DNA of 64,000 nt from an uncultured delta proteobacterium (GTDB lineage: Bacteria > Desulfobacterota > Desulfobacteria > Desulfobacterales > QNYZ01), in contig CAWJQU010000008.1 in assembly GCA_963845145.1 (NCBI GenBank), positions 320,001 through 384,000 on the forward strand, written 5' to 3'. Every line of letters starts with the position of its first letter. Position 1 is the first letter of the stretch. A program made the translations under genes and the position numbers. Positions 39,610 through 49,909 of this stretch are shown here, piece after piece. A model generated the notes under the pieces. It was given only the letters and a program-made list of their open reading frames with translations, was not told the DNA's origin and ran no database searches.

Positions 39610-39888
39610 ATGAACTGTACAACCGTACGAACCGGAAAACCGTGCCCGTTCATGTCGGCCGAAGGCTGTTCATATAATGGGGGGATTTGCCTTGAAGTTG
39701 TGGATAATTGTAATGGCTGCAACCGCTCAATTGAATTTGAATCCGGCTGGTATTGCAGCGCTTTCCCGGAACCGGCCACGAAATGGAAAAACGGAGATTG
39801 TAATCTTGCCAGCCATACGACCGACAAAACAGTAAAGGCAACTGGCAAGATCAATCCGCTGAAGGCGTCCAAAAGGGGAGCCAGATAG
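39610..39888 (+). CDS. PxxKW-family cysteine-rich small protein
   Basis: Eight Cys, CSAFPEPATKW, CNLASH, KINPLKASKR. Confidence 0.85.
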   Translation: MNCTTVRTGKPCPFMSAEGCSYNGGICLEVVDNCNGCNRSIEFESGWYCSAFPEPATKWKNGDCNLASHTTDKTVKATGKINPLKASKRGAR

Positions 39889-39901
39889 TAAGCAAGCTTC
39901 T

Positions 39902-39938
39902 TTGGCCGGTGTGGCTGTTTTAAATAGCCACCGGCCAA
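39902..39938 (+). terminator. intrinsic terminator after the PxxKW gene
   Basis: TTGGCCGGTG..GCT/AGC..CACCGGCCAA stem followed by a T-rich tract. Confidence 0.7.
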
Positions 39939-40123
39939 TTTTTATCTTTTTAGATAAGCCAATGACACCCCCACGCTGATCAAGGCCGATCTCAGCAGCT
40001 GCACTCTTGACATTTTTCTTTTTCCCCTTGTAAAGACTAAGCAAACAATTTTATTCAAAATATTTCATAATTCTATTTGATCAATAAAGCACAAATCCTA
40101 ATGCGAAACAGGAGTGACCGGCG

Positions 40124-41444
40124 ATGAAATCCGATCCACTGGCCAAAGAGTTAAACGAGGTAATCGAGGCGGCCAACCCGCATATCTTTAACATGCTCTC
40201 CGACATGGGTAAGGCCTTCTTTTTCCCCAAGGGGATATTAAGCCAAGGCGCAGAGGCGAAGGAAAAGGCCCACCGCATCAATGCCACCATCGGCATCGCC
40301 AAAGAGAAGGGGCGCACCATGGCGTTCAATTCGGTGACCCAATATATCGACGATATCCCGCCGCGTGAATCGCTGACCTATGCCCCGTCTTTTGGAATTC
40401 CCGCCTTGCGTAATATTTGGCGGGAAATGATGATTAAAAAAAATCCGTCGCTAAAGGAAAAAACGATCAGCCTGCCCGTTGTAACCAGCGGAATTACCCA
40501 TGGCGTAAGCACCTTGGCCGATTTGTGGGTCAACCCCGGCGATACGGTTATTGTCCCCGCAATGATGTGGGGTAATTATAATATGATTTTTCGCGTAAAA
40601 CGCGGAGCCGAATTTGTTTCCTATCCCGTTTTTTCGAAAGATGGCGGGTTTGACCTGAAAGGGTTTGAACAGACGGTGAGGACCGCTGCCGATAAAGCCG
40701 GCAAGATCATCGTCATGCTCAATTTCCCCCACAACCCTACCGGTTATACGGTTTCGAGAGATGAAGGCCGGGCAATCGCGGATATCCTGACCGCCGTGGC
40801 CGAACAAGGCACCCATATTATCGCCGCCTGTGATGATGCCTATTTTGGTTTGTTCTATGAGGAGGCGACCTTAAAAGAGTCGCTTTTCGCCCTTTTGTGC
40901 GAGCGCCACCCGAGGCTATTGGCCGTCAAGCTGGATGGGGCCACCAAGGAGAACTATGTGTGGGGCTTGAGGGTGGGCTTCATCACCTATGGCGGAATGA
41001 TTCAAAGTGCGGCTGGGGCAACTTATGAGGCCCTGGAGAAAAAAACCGCCGGTTGCATTCGCGGTACCATATCCAATGCTTCCCATTTGGGACAGACGAT
41101 TATTCTAAACTCGATGAAAGACAATCGTTTCGCCGATGAAAGCAAGGAAAAATTCGATATCCTGAAAACGTCGCGCCATGCGCGTCAAAGCCGTGCTGAC
41201 GGACCCCAAATATAGTAAAGCCTTTACCGCTTATCCCTTCAATTCAGGCTACTTCATGTGCATTCGCCTAAAGACCGTTGAGGCGGAGAAATTACGATGC
41301 CATTTACTCGAAAAATATGAAATGGGTTTGATCTCATTAGGCAAAACCGATCTTCGTGTCGCCTTTTCATGCTTGGAAGAAGACGAGATAGCGCATTTAT
41401 TCGACACCATCCTCAAAAGTATTCAGGAGCTGGAAAGCGCATAG
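40124..41444 (+). CDS. class I/II PLP-dependent aminotransferase, +1 frameshift at the A4 run near 41165-41168
   Basis: NATIG, NFPHNPTG, DDAY, DGATKE..WGLRVG; tail PFNSGYFMC..LRVAFS in the next frame. Confidence 0.88.
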
Positions 41445-41447
41445 TCC

Positions 41448-43271
41448 ATGAGAAAAAATATTCCAGCCCGCTTAAAAACAATCACCGGTAAGGGCGGATC
41501 ATTTGATATTGCCCTGGCCGGTAAATGGACATTCAATTTCCTGATTATCGGCGTCATTGCAGGGCTGGGATCCATTATTTTTCACTATCTGTGTGTCGCC
41601 GGAATGCACTTTTTTCTGGACCTTCTGGCCGGTTACCGCCCGCCCTCACCGGCCGGCGAGCATCACCTGCTACCGCCGTCGACGACGCCTTTCAATCGCT
41701 ACATTTTGTTAATCCTTCCCGGGTTGGGGGGTATCTTCAGCGGCTGGCTGGTTTACACTTTTGCCCCCGAGGCCGAAGGCCATGGAACCGATGCAGCGAT
41801 CGACGCCTACCACAACAAGGGTGGGGCCATTCGCGGCCGCGTACCCATTATTAAAACCATTGCCTCGGCAATTACCCTGACTACCGGCGGGTCCGGTGGA
41901 CGTGAAGGGCCCATCGCTCAAATCGGGGCCGGTTTCGGATCTTTTCTGGCCACCCGCCTTCATTTATCCGACCGCGAGAGACGTATCATGATGGCCGCAG
42001 GAATCGGGGCCGGGGTGGGAAGTATTTTTCGAGCGCCGCTGGCCGGGGCCCTTTTTGCTGCCGAAGTCCTTTATCGGGATCCGGAGTTTGAATCGGAAGT
42101 GCTCATACCTGCCGGGATTTCTTCGGTGGTCGCCTATTGTGAATTTTGCCTGGTTTTTGGATGGGGATCCCTGTTCCAGTCACCGGATTTCGTCTTTACC
42201 AATCCCCTTGAACTCGGCCCCTACCTTGTTTTGACCCTTGTCCTGGTGGCAACCGGTTATTTATACGTTAAATCTTTTTACGGCATTACCTCTGTTTTTC
42301 ATGGTCTGGGCATTCCCAATCACTTCAAGCCGGCCATTGGAGGACTGATCACGGGTATGATCGGTTTTTTCTATCCCCATACCCTGGCTTTCGGCTACGG
42401 TTATGTCCAGGAAGCCCTTTCCAACCCGGCGGGCGTATCCATTATATTTTTGTTAACCCTGGGAATCGGTAAAATATTTACGACTTCTTTTTCCATTGGA
42501 TCAGGGGGTAGCGGTGGCGTCTTCGGCCCATCTGTGGTGGTGGGCGGCGCCATGGGAGGCGTTGTTGGAAAAGTGTTTCACCACATCATGCCGAATGTCG
42601 TTACCGAACCTGGCGCATTTATCGTCGTTGGCATGGCGGGGTTCTTTGCCGGTGTTTCCAACACCCCCATATCCACAATTATTTTTGTCAGCGAGATGAC
42701 CAACTCTTATCACCTGCTTTTGCCCAGTTTGCTGGTCTGCTCCGTATCTTACCTGGCCTCCAAACACTGGACGATCTTTCACAATCAGGTAAATGCTAAA
42801 GTCGAATCGCCGGCCCATGCCGGAGAATTTTTTGTTGATATTCTTCAGGCGATCCATGTCAAAGATCTGATGGATCGGGTCCACATGGTAAAACAGATCC
42901 CGGAAAAAATGCCTTTTCTCGAATTTAAAACCTTTTTGACCGGCACCAAACAACACTATTTCCCCGTTATGAATGATGACGGCCACCTGACAGGGGTCTT
43001 CTCCAGTACAGATATTCGCGCTGTCTTGTTTTCACAGGAAATTGAACAACTGGTGATTATGCGTGACATTGCCACCTCGGATATCATCGTCACCACGCCC
43101 TCGGAAGACCTCAACACCGTTTTGCAGAAGTTTACCATGAAAAATATCGACAGCTTGCCGGTGGTTAAAGAAGACGACACCAAACATCTCATTGGCATGC
43201 TGAATCGGCGCGATGTCATCGCCTTTTACAATGAAACCGTGCTTGAGCGTAAAGCACAGGCCGACGCGTGA
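41448..43271 (+). CDS. ClC chloride channel / H+ antiporter with CBS pair
   Basis: GHGTD, GREGP, GVFGP motifs; C-terminal CBS domains. Confidence 0.93.
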   Translation: MRKNIPARLKTITGKGGSFDIALAGKWTFNFLIIGVIAGLGSIIFHYLCVAGMHFFLDLLAGYRPPSPAGEHHLLPPSTTPFNRYILLILPGLGGIFSGWLVYTFAPEAEGHGTDAAIDAYHNKGGAIRGRVPIIKTIASAITLTTGGSGGREGPIAQIGAGFGSFLATRLHLSDRERRIMMAAGIGAGVGSIFRAPLAGALFAAEVLYRDPEFESEVLIPAGISSVVAYCEFCLVFGWGSLFQSPDFVFTNPLELGPYLVLTLVLVATGYLYVKSFYGITSVFHGLGIPNHFKPAIGGLITGMIGFFYPHTLAFGYGYVQEALSNPAGVSIIFLLTLGIGKIFTTSFSIGSGGSGGVFGPSVVVGGAMGGVVGKVFHHIMPNVVTEPGAFIVVGMAGFFAGVSNTPISTIIFVSEMTNSYHLLLPSLLVCSVSYLASKHWTIFHNQVNAKVESPAHAGEFFVDILQAIHVKDLMDRVHMVKQIPEKMPFLEFKTFLTGTKQHYFPVMNDDGHLTGVFSSTDIRAVLFSQEIEQLVIMRDIATSDIIVTTPSEDLNTVLQKFTMKNIDSLPVVKEDDTKHLIGMLNRRDVIAFYNETVLERKAQADA

Positions 43272-43373
43272 GACACGCCGATTCATTTGGGTTTTGCGGA
43301 TCTATTAATCAAACACGGGATCAAGCCTTGTTTATTATCAATAATAGGCCTGTTCTCAATACTGGGTCTATTC

Positions 43374-44129
43374 TCAATACTTAACCTGGACCAGAAACAA
43401 CCCTTGCGGAGGAGCTGTTGGACCGGCCAGGGTGCGATCTTTGGCAGCGAGGATTTGTTTAACATTCTCCGGTGACCATTTTGATAATCCCACCTCCACC
43501 AATGTTCCCACAATATTACGCACCATGAATCGCAAAAATCCATTGGCCTCGATGTCAAAAACCAAAAAACCCGATTTTTTTCGCGACAGCGCGGCCTTCA
43601 TCACCTGTCGGACGCTACTCTTTCGGGGACTGCCGGCCCCTTCAAAGGACGTAAAATCATGCAAGCCGACGAGATGGTCGGCCGCACGTTGCATGGCCTC
43701 GGTATCCAAGGGACGCCGCAGGTGCCAAGCATAGTGCCGGCCGATGGCATCCGGTAGGGATCGATTAAGAATCCGATAGCGGTAAATCTTGCTGATCGCA
43801 TCATAGCGGGGATGAAAAGAATCGGGAACCACTTCTAAAGCTCGAATAACGATATCGGCCGGTAAAAGGCTGTTTAAAGCGCTAAACAGTTGCTGAACTG
43901 AAAGCGACGTATTGACCGTAAAAGCGGCGACCTGTCCCAGCGCGTGAACCCCTGCATCGGTACGCCCCGACGCGGCCACGCGTAATTTTTTCCGGGTTAG
44001 GCGGAGAAGTACTTTTTCTATCGCACCCTGCACGGTCGGTACGCCATTTTGGACCTGCCAACCGCTGAAAGCAGTGCCGTCATATTCAATAATCATTTTA
44101 AACATGGTCGTCATAGTCGTATTCATCAT
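43374..44129 (-). CDS. truA: tRNA pseudouridine(38-40) synthase
   Basis: YDGTAFSGWQ, GRTDAGVHA, FLRFMVRNIVG, TAPPQGL. Confidence 0.96.
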   Translation of the reverse strand: MMNTTMTTMFKMIIEYDGTAFSGWQVQNGVPTVQGAIEKVLLRLTRKKLRVAASGRTDAGVHALGQVAAFTVNTSLSVQQLFSALNSLLPADIVIRALEVVPDSFHPRYDAISKIYRYRILNRSLPDAIGRHYAWHLRRPLDTEAMQRAADHLVGLHDFTSFEGAGSPRKSSVRQVMKAALSRKKSGFLVFDIEANGFLRFMVRNIVGTLVEVGLSKWSPENVKQILAAKDRTLAGPTAPPQGLFLVQVKY

Positions 44130-44146
44130 CTTTAACGCATCGCCAT

Positions 44147-45076
44147 TTATCCAATCAACAGCATCACAAAGCTCAAGGAAAAAAATGACAGGATGGTTGA
44201 CAAAACAATAGTAGCCGAGGCCAGATTCGTATCACTATTTAATTGGGAGGAGAGAATAATAATGCTTGTTGCCGTAGGCAGGGCAAAGAATAACATGGCA
44301 ACCTGGTAAGGCAACCCGGTCACACCGAACCATTTTAGAAAGTAATACCCCGTCAATGGAAACAAGATCAGTTTGAATCCCGCCGCTACCAACGACTGTG
44401 CAAAGTATCCGCGCAACGCCTGGAAAGTCAAGGTTCCGCCAATAGATAAAAGGGCCAGGGGTAGTGTCACTGCAGCGGCCAGCCGCAAAGTGTTGTCTAA
44501 AAACATCGGAAATCCATTCGCCACCCGCGCATAAAGCATACCGGCCACACAGGCAAGGATGAGGGGGTTAATGATCAATGCCCGTATAATGATCCCAATG
44601 CGCTGGTTGATTCGAACCCGTCTATCGGAAAACCAGATTAGCATCGAGACGGACAGAATATTGATCAGTGGAATCATCACTCCGATCAAAATTCCAAAAT
44701 AGCGCACACCCGCTTCGCCCAAGACGTTCATAACGACAGCCATGCCGATGTAGCTGTTAAACCGATAGCTACTCTGGGAAAACGTGCCGGCTTGAAAGTT
44801 GCCCACCCCAAACAGCTTGATATACAAAGTACTGATAATATAAACTGTCGCCAGGGCACATACCGCTGCCTGGCAATAAGCCCATTGGATGCCCGATTGA
44901 GTCGGCGTCCCACCGATCTTCCAGAATAACATGGCTGGGAAGAAAATATAATAAACCAGACGATCCGACAGGGTCAAAAAGGCGTCGTTGGTCAAACCAC
45001 GATTTTTCAGCAGATAACCCAGAATAATAAGGGTTAATATCGGTAAAAGATTATCAACAATCATGATAGGAATCAA
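44147..45076 (-). CDS. AEC (auxin efflux carrier) family transporter
   Basis: About 10 TM helices, VYYIFFPA, NPLI, LPLALLSIG, LPTA. Confidence 0.88.
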   Translation of the reverse strand: MIPIMIVDNLLPILTLIILGYLLKNRGLTNDAFLTLSDRLVYYIFFPAMLFWKIGGTPTQSGIQWAYCQAAVCALATVYIISTLYIKLFGVGNFQAGTFSQSSYRFNSYIGMAVVMNVLGEAGVRYFGILIGVMIPLINILSVSMLIWFSDRRVRINQRIGIIIRALIINPLILACVAGMLYARVANGFPMFLDNTLRLAAAVTLPLALLSIGGTLTFQALRGYFAQSLVAAGFKLILFPLTGYYFLKWFGVTGLPYQVAMLFFALPTATSIIILSSQLNSDTNLASATIVLSTILSFFSLSFVMLLIG

Positions 45077-45158
45077 TTATTCACTTTGAATTACCATTTG
45101 AATATTGTATGAAACGGGAACTTGTGTGACCCTGAGTATTGCATAGCCTGACATTGAT

Positions 45159-45190
45159 TTAAATCGGGATATGACTTAAATCGGGATATG
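45159..45190. repeat. tandem 15-bp direct repeat in the divergent promoter region
   Basis: TTAAATCGGGATATG at 45159-45173 and 45176-45190. Confidence 0.8.
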
Positions 45191-45280
45191 GAGCAAATCC
45201 GGGTCTCAGGGCCTTTTAGAAAGACCCCCAGTAAATGTCAATGCAAACCATTGGCTATACAAAATCTTATTGAACGAGCA

Positions 45281-46276
45281 ATGATTATTAAAGAAGCGCA
45301 AAATGTTTTAAAAATTGAGGCAGAGGGCATCGAAAGCCTGATTGGGCGTCTTGGCCATGATTTTGAAAAGATGGTCAAAAAAATCTATCAATCCCCGGGA
45401 CGTGTGATCGTTAGCGGCATTGGTAAATCCGGAATTGTCGGCCGAAAAATTGTGGCCACGCTGAACAGTACGGGCACGCGCTCACTGTTTCTCCACCCGG
45501 TTGAAGCCATGCATGGCGACCTGGGCCAGGTCGGACCTGACGACATTATTTTGGCTTTATCGTATAGCGGCGAAACCGATGAGCTCAATACTCTCTTGCC
45601 GAGCATTCGACGACTGGGGTGCACCATCGTCGCCTTTACCGGAAAACCTCAAGCTTCGACGCTGGCAAAAATGAGTGATATCATCATTGATGTCAGCATC
45701 CCCAAAGAGGCCTGCCCCATGGGCTTGGCCCCCACAACCAGCACAACGGCCATGATGGCCATGGGAGATGCATTAGCCGTTGTACTGATCAATAAACATC
45801 ACTTTAAAGCCAGTGATTTTAAAAAATTCCATCCCGGCGGCCATCTGGGCCAACAATTATCCGGCCGTATCGGGGACATTATGCTCACCAAAGAAAAAAT
45901 CCCCTCTGTGAAAAAGGGAAAAAAAATGGCCGAGGCCCTTGAATGCATGGATAATGGGGGTTTGGGTGTGGTTTTGGTAGTCACCGATGATGCCAGGCTG
46001 GCCGGAATCATAACCGACGGCGATATTAGACGCATGCTGGCAAGAAAAATAGATGTCCGCCAGTTGCTTGTGGATGATGCAATGACGGCCAATCCCCACT
46101 CGATTCGACCGGAAATGCCCGCTTATGAAACCCTGTACCTCATGGAATCCCGTGAAATTACGGTATTGCCCATTGTGGACAAAGACAATATCGTGCAGGG
46201 AATTGTTCATCTTCATAATATATTGGGCAAGGGACGGTTCCGATTCAATCCTGACTGGTCCAAGACCGCCACTTAA
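45281..46276 (+). CDS. kdsD: arabinose-5-phosphate isomerase (KpsF/GutQ family)
   Basis: GIGKSG, EAMHGDLG, SYSGET, APTTST, FHPGG, CBS pair; start placed at ATG 45281. Confidence 0.92.
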   Translation: MIIKEAQNVLKIEAEGIESLIGRLGHDFEKMVKKIYQSPGRVIVSGIGKSGIVGRKIVATLNSTGTRSLFLHPVEAMHGDLGQVGPDDIILALSYSGETDELNTLLPSIRRLGCTIVAFTGKPQASTLAKMSDIIIDVSIPKEACPMGLAPTTSTTAMMAMGDALAVVLINKHHFKASDFKKFHPGGHLGQQLSGRIGDIMLTKEKIPSVKKGKKMAEALECMDNGGLGVVLVVTDDARLAGIITDGDIRRMLARKIDVRQLLVDDAMTANPHSIRPEMPAYETLYLMESREITVLPIVDKDNIVQGIVHLHNILGKGRFRFNPDWSKTAT

Positions 46277-46310
46277 AACCGATCTATCACTCGAATAATG
46301 GGAAACCACC

Positions 46311-47642
46311 ATGGATACAACGGTTAATACCATTGATACATCAATCGATGTTCTGGGGCCAGCCAAAATTCCATCCCCTTTGGCCAGCCGGTTAAATAAC
46401 GATGGATCCGGTTTCACATCGGATACCGACCGGGTACTCATCGATATCGATGCCGAACGCATCACCACCCTCTATCGACAGGGACAGGTTCCACCATCCC
46501 TTGAGTGTGCCGGCCCCCGACATGAAATCTATTTCGATCCCAGCAAAATTCGATGTGCCCTGGTGACTTGCGGTGGTATCTGTCCGGGGCTAAACGCCAT
46601 CATCCGCTCGGTGGTTCTGGAGCTCTATTATGGTTACGGTGTCCACCACATTTACGGCATCCGTTACGGTCTTCAGGGATTTATTGCCCAATACCAGCAT
46701 GACGTCCTGGACCTCACCCCGGAATTCGTGGCAAACATCATGAAACAGGGTGGGACGGTACTCGGATCATCCCGTGGTGAGCAGGATATGGACGCCATTG
46801 TCGATTGTCTAGATCGAACCGGCATCGGGGCTTTGTTTATGATCGGCGGTGACGGGACGCTCGTGGCCGCGGAGCGAATCGCCGATACCGTTTTATCCCG
46901 AGGCATGAAGACCAGCGTTATCGGCATCCCCAAAACCATCGATAACGATATTCATATGGTTTCCCGCTCATTTGGATTCGATACGGCCGTGGATGTGGCC
47001 ACCCAGGCCATTCGTGCAGCGCACAATGAAGCCGTCGGCTATCCAAACGGAATCGGCCTGATTAAATTGATGGGCCGTTACTCGGGGTTTATTGCCACCA
47101 CGGCCAGCCTGGCGGAACAAGATGTCAACTTTGTACTGATTCCCGAAGTTGATTTTGACCTGGACGGTCCTTCAGGTTTGTTTGCCGCGCTCGCCGAGCG
47201 GTTGGGCCAAAGAAAGCATGCCGTGATTGTGGTTGCGGAAGGTGCCGGTCAAAAACTTTTCGCCAAAAAGCGAGTGCAAACGGATGAATCGGGCAATATT
47301 AAATTACGGGATATCGGCCGCTTCTTAAAAAATGAAATTGCCGTCTATTTTGAACAAAAGCAAGCCGATATTACCATTAAATATATTGACCCCAGCTACA
47401 TTATCCGCAGCCTGCCGGCCAATGCCAATGATCAGGTATTTTGTAATTTTCTGGGCAGAAATGCGGTTCACGCCGCCATGGCCGGAAAAACCAAGGTATT
47501 GGTCGGCCACTTGAACGACTGCTTCGTACACGTTCCCATGAGGCTGTCGGCAGGCAAACGCAAACAGGTAAATCCCCAGGGCGAGCTATGGCGAAGCGTT
47601 CTGGCCGCCACCGGTCAGGGGTCATTATTGGCAACACCTTGA
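46311..47642 (+). CDS. pfkA: 6-phosphofructokinase, probably ATP-dependent
   Basis: TCGGICPG, GGTVLGSSRG, GGDGT (Gly indicates ATP type), PKTIDND, MGR. Confidence 0.9.
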   Translation: MDTTVNTIDTSIDVLGPAKIPSPLASRLNNDGSGFTSDTDRVLIDIDAERITTLYRQGQVPPSLECAGPRHEIYFDPSKIRCALVTCGGICPGLNAIIRSVVLELYYGYGVHHIYGIRYGLQGFIAQYQHDVLDLTPEFVANIMKQGGTVLGSSRGEQDMDAIVDCLDRTGIGALFMIGGDGTLVAAERIADTVLSRGMKTSVIGIPKTIDNDIHMVSRSFGFDTAVDVATQAIRAAHNEAVGYPNGIGLIKLMGRYSGFIATTASLAEQDVNFVLIPEVDFDLDGPSGLFAALAERLGQRKHAVIVVAEGAGQKLFAKKRVQTDESGNIKLRDIGRFLKNEIAVYFEQKQADITIKYIDPSYIIRSLPANANDQVFCNFLGRNAVHAAMAGKTKVLVGHLNDCFVHVPMRLSAGKRKQVNPQGELWRSVLAATGQGSLLATP

Positions 47643-47741
47643 GCAGACCAATCCCATCGAAACCATTTCCCCGGGCCGGTCTCCCGATCCAGTCTTCTGG
47701 GCCGTAAAACAGATGAATGGCCCAAAGGGCCTTATGTTGCC

Positions 47742-49625
47742 TTAAGGTTTCAATTCAAGAAATTGGTTACCTTTAATCGTAAGCATCATCATCGTTTTCT
47801 TAACATCCCCGTCGGTTTGAAATGTGGTATTCCCGGTGACCCCCGGATAATCGGTTAGTTGCAGCAGTTCGTCTCGAATCAGGTTGCGATAGGCCGCCTC
47901 AGAGCGATTGATAATGCCAAACAGAATCATGGCCGTATCATAAGCAATCGCCTCGAGAAACCCGGGTTTTTTACCAAATACAGCCTCAAATTCATCGACA
48001 AATCCGGTAATGCGCCAGGATGCTGCCTCGGGGAAGAAAGCCACCGGCAGAATACTACCCTGAACAAATTGACGGGCCATATCCACAAGTTGGGGTGAAT
48101 ACCACAAGTTGGTTCCTAAAAGATATACGCCTTCAATGTCATGATAAGTGAGTTGGGGAATCAACAGACCGGCTTTTTCCGGCCCGTCAGGAATGAAAAT
48201 GGCCTCAAAATCGACGTCCGCTCGACCTTTGTTGCTTCCGGATTTCTTAGCGTGGGCAAGGAGTTTCTTGATGGCTCCTCTAAAATCGGTTTGATCCGGT
48301 GCGTAGGCTTCGATTCGGGTCACTTCACCGCCATGGGCCAGGGCCTGATCCCAAAAGTGATGCATAAAGGCTACCCCGTATTTTTCGGAAGGGTATAGAA
48401 CGGCAAAACGCTTCACCCCCAGGTGGTTCATGGCATACATCACGAGGGCATCGGTTTGAATACGCGGGGTGATGAAATTTCGAAAAATATAATCCCCCGT
48501 TTGGGGAATGTTTTCTTTTTGGGTAAGTGTCATCAACGGAATGCCCAACTTCTGGGCATGGGGTGCTACCTTTTCGGCCGTAACCATTGGCCCGATAATG
48601 GCCGTCACACCCGCCTCGGCCAACTCATGAAAAGCGTTCAGGGCCTGGTGTGGATCTCCGCCGGTATCCTTAACGATAATTCGCACCGGTTGCTTTCCGC
48701 TACCGGCGGAGAATTGATGTTGAGCCAATTCTACCCCTTCCAGGGCCTGGGCGCCGAATTGGGCATATGGCCCGCTCAAGGGAAAAAGGCAGCCGATAGT
48801 GTCGCGCTCAACCGTCATGTTTCGAAGGTCATCGACGGTTATCATTGCCATAGAAATTTCCGGGTGTTCGGGATAACTGTCGATAAACTCATTAAAAACA
48901 GTCAGGGCATCCGAATAATTTCCTTCATCCATCAACCGGCGGCCTGCCAGAAATAAAAGATCTCCCTGGGCCGCACCATGCGCCAGGTCATCAACGGTTG
49001 CTTGCAGATCAGCCGTGGGCATCTGTTCGGTGGCATATTCGAGTTTTTGGGCAATGCTTTCTTTGGCCTCCCCTTCAGCAAGATTATATGCTTCGGCATA
49101 GGCCCTTACCGCCGCCCGATAGGAGGCCTGAAGCATATACGTATCACCAAGTAGTCGAAAAATATTCGCGCGTCGGAAATTTTCATTGGCTGCCATCAAT
49201 GCGCCATCTGCCTGTTCAATTACCCGCTCATACTCTCGCTGGGCAAACAATATCTCCAGAATCTTTTGCTGGGCGTCCGGCGACCAGGGACTTTGAGGGT
49301 ATTGATTGACGAGCTGTCGAAAATCAAATAGCGCCAGGTCCAAATCATCCCTGGCTTGGGCAATCACCCCCTTTTGCATCAGGACTTCATCGACATGCGC
49401 GCCTTGGGGAAATTGTTTAAGATATGTCTCATAAAGGGCATAAGCCTTTTGATCCTCTTGAGCGCCTAAAGCCGCCCGTGCATCGGCAAGCAGCGATTCC
49501 TCGGTAATGACCGACGGAATTTCAGGTAAAGGGCCGGCAACATCCACAGCCACCTCTTTTTTAACACAGGCGCAAATCAAACATACGAGCAATAGGTACC
49601 GAGCCAGACAGTATTTTTTCATCAA
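47742..49625 (-). CDS. TPR lipoprotein with periplasmic-binding-fold domain (LpoA/PBP-activator-like)
   Basis: Lipobox ICAC, BamD-like TPRs, IGCLFPLSG..AIIGP..AIFIPD. Confidence 0.8.
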   Translation of the reverse strand: MMKKYCLARYLLLVCLICACVKKEVAVDVAGPLPEIPSVITEESLLADARAALGAQEDQKAYALYETYLKQFPQGAHVDEVLMQKGVIAQARDDLDLALFDFRQLVNQYPQSPWSPDAQQKILEILFAQREYERVIEQADGALMAANENFRRANIFRLLGDTYMLQASYRAAVRAYAEAYNLAEGEAKESIAQKLEYATEQMPTADLQATVDDLAHGAAQGDLLFLAGRRLMDEGNYSDALTVFNEFIDSYPEHPEISMAMITVDDLRNMTVERDTIGCLFPLSGPYAQFGAQALEGVELAQHQFSAGSGKQPVRIIVKDTGGDPHQALNAFHELAEAGVTAIIGPMVTAEKVAPHAQKLGIPLMTLTQKENIPQTGDYIFRNFITPRIQTDALVMYAMNHLGVKRFAVLYPSEKYGVAFMHHFWDQALAHGGEVTRIEAYAPDQTDFRGAIKKLLAHAKKSGSNKGRADVDFEAIFIPDGPEKAGLLIPQLTYHDIEGVYLLGTNLWYSPQLVDMARQFVQGSILPVAFFPEAASWRITGFVDEFEAVFGKKPGFLEAIAYDTAMILFGIINRSEAAYRNLIRDELLQLTDYPGVTGNTTFQTDGDVKKTMMMLTIKGNQFLELKP

Positions 49626-49909
49626 TGCCGTTCCATCTTGTTTAATATCTCCCCATTAATCTAAACCCGCCCTGAAAACTTCGTTTTGAGATGATCCAGT
49701 ATCATTTCATTCACATTTAATATCTGCGATTGCTCATACCATTTTACATGCCATGACACAATTCAAACCAAACGGGGACAAGTGCCGACCCTTCCGACCA
49801 TTTGGCCCATATTTTATTTGACTCATCATTCGGGTTTGTTTATTCATTTCCGACAACCGAATATAATAGGCATATTTTGAGCCATTAACAAACCAAAGGA
49901 GACCTATTC

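Noticed and set aside
39531..40044. Minus-strand ORFs 39531-39938 and 39727-40044
   Set aside because: Antisense to the PxxKW gene, which has its own promoter, RBS and terminator
41160..41215. Programmed frameshift in the aminotransferase
   Set aside because: No slippery heptamer or stimulatory structure seen; the same indel pattern occurs in unrelated genes
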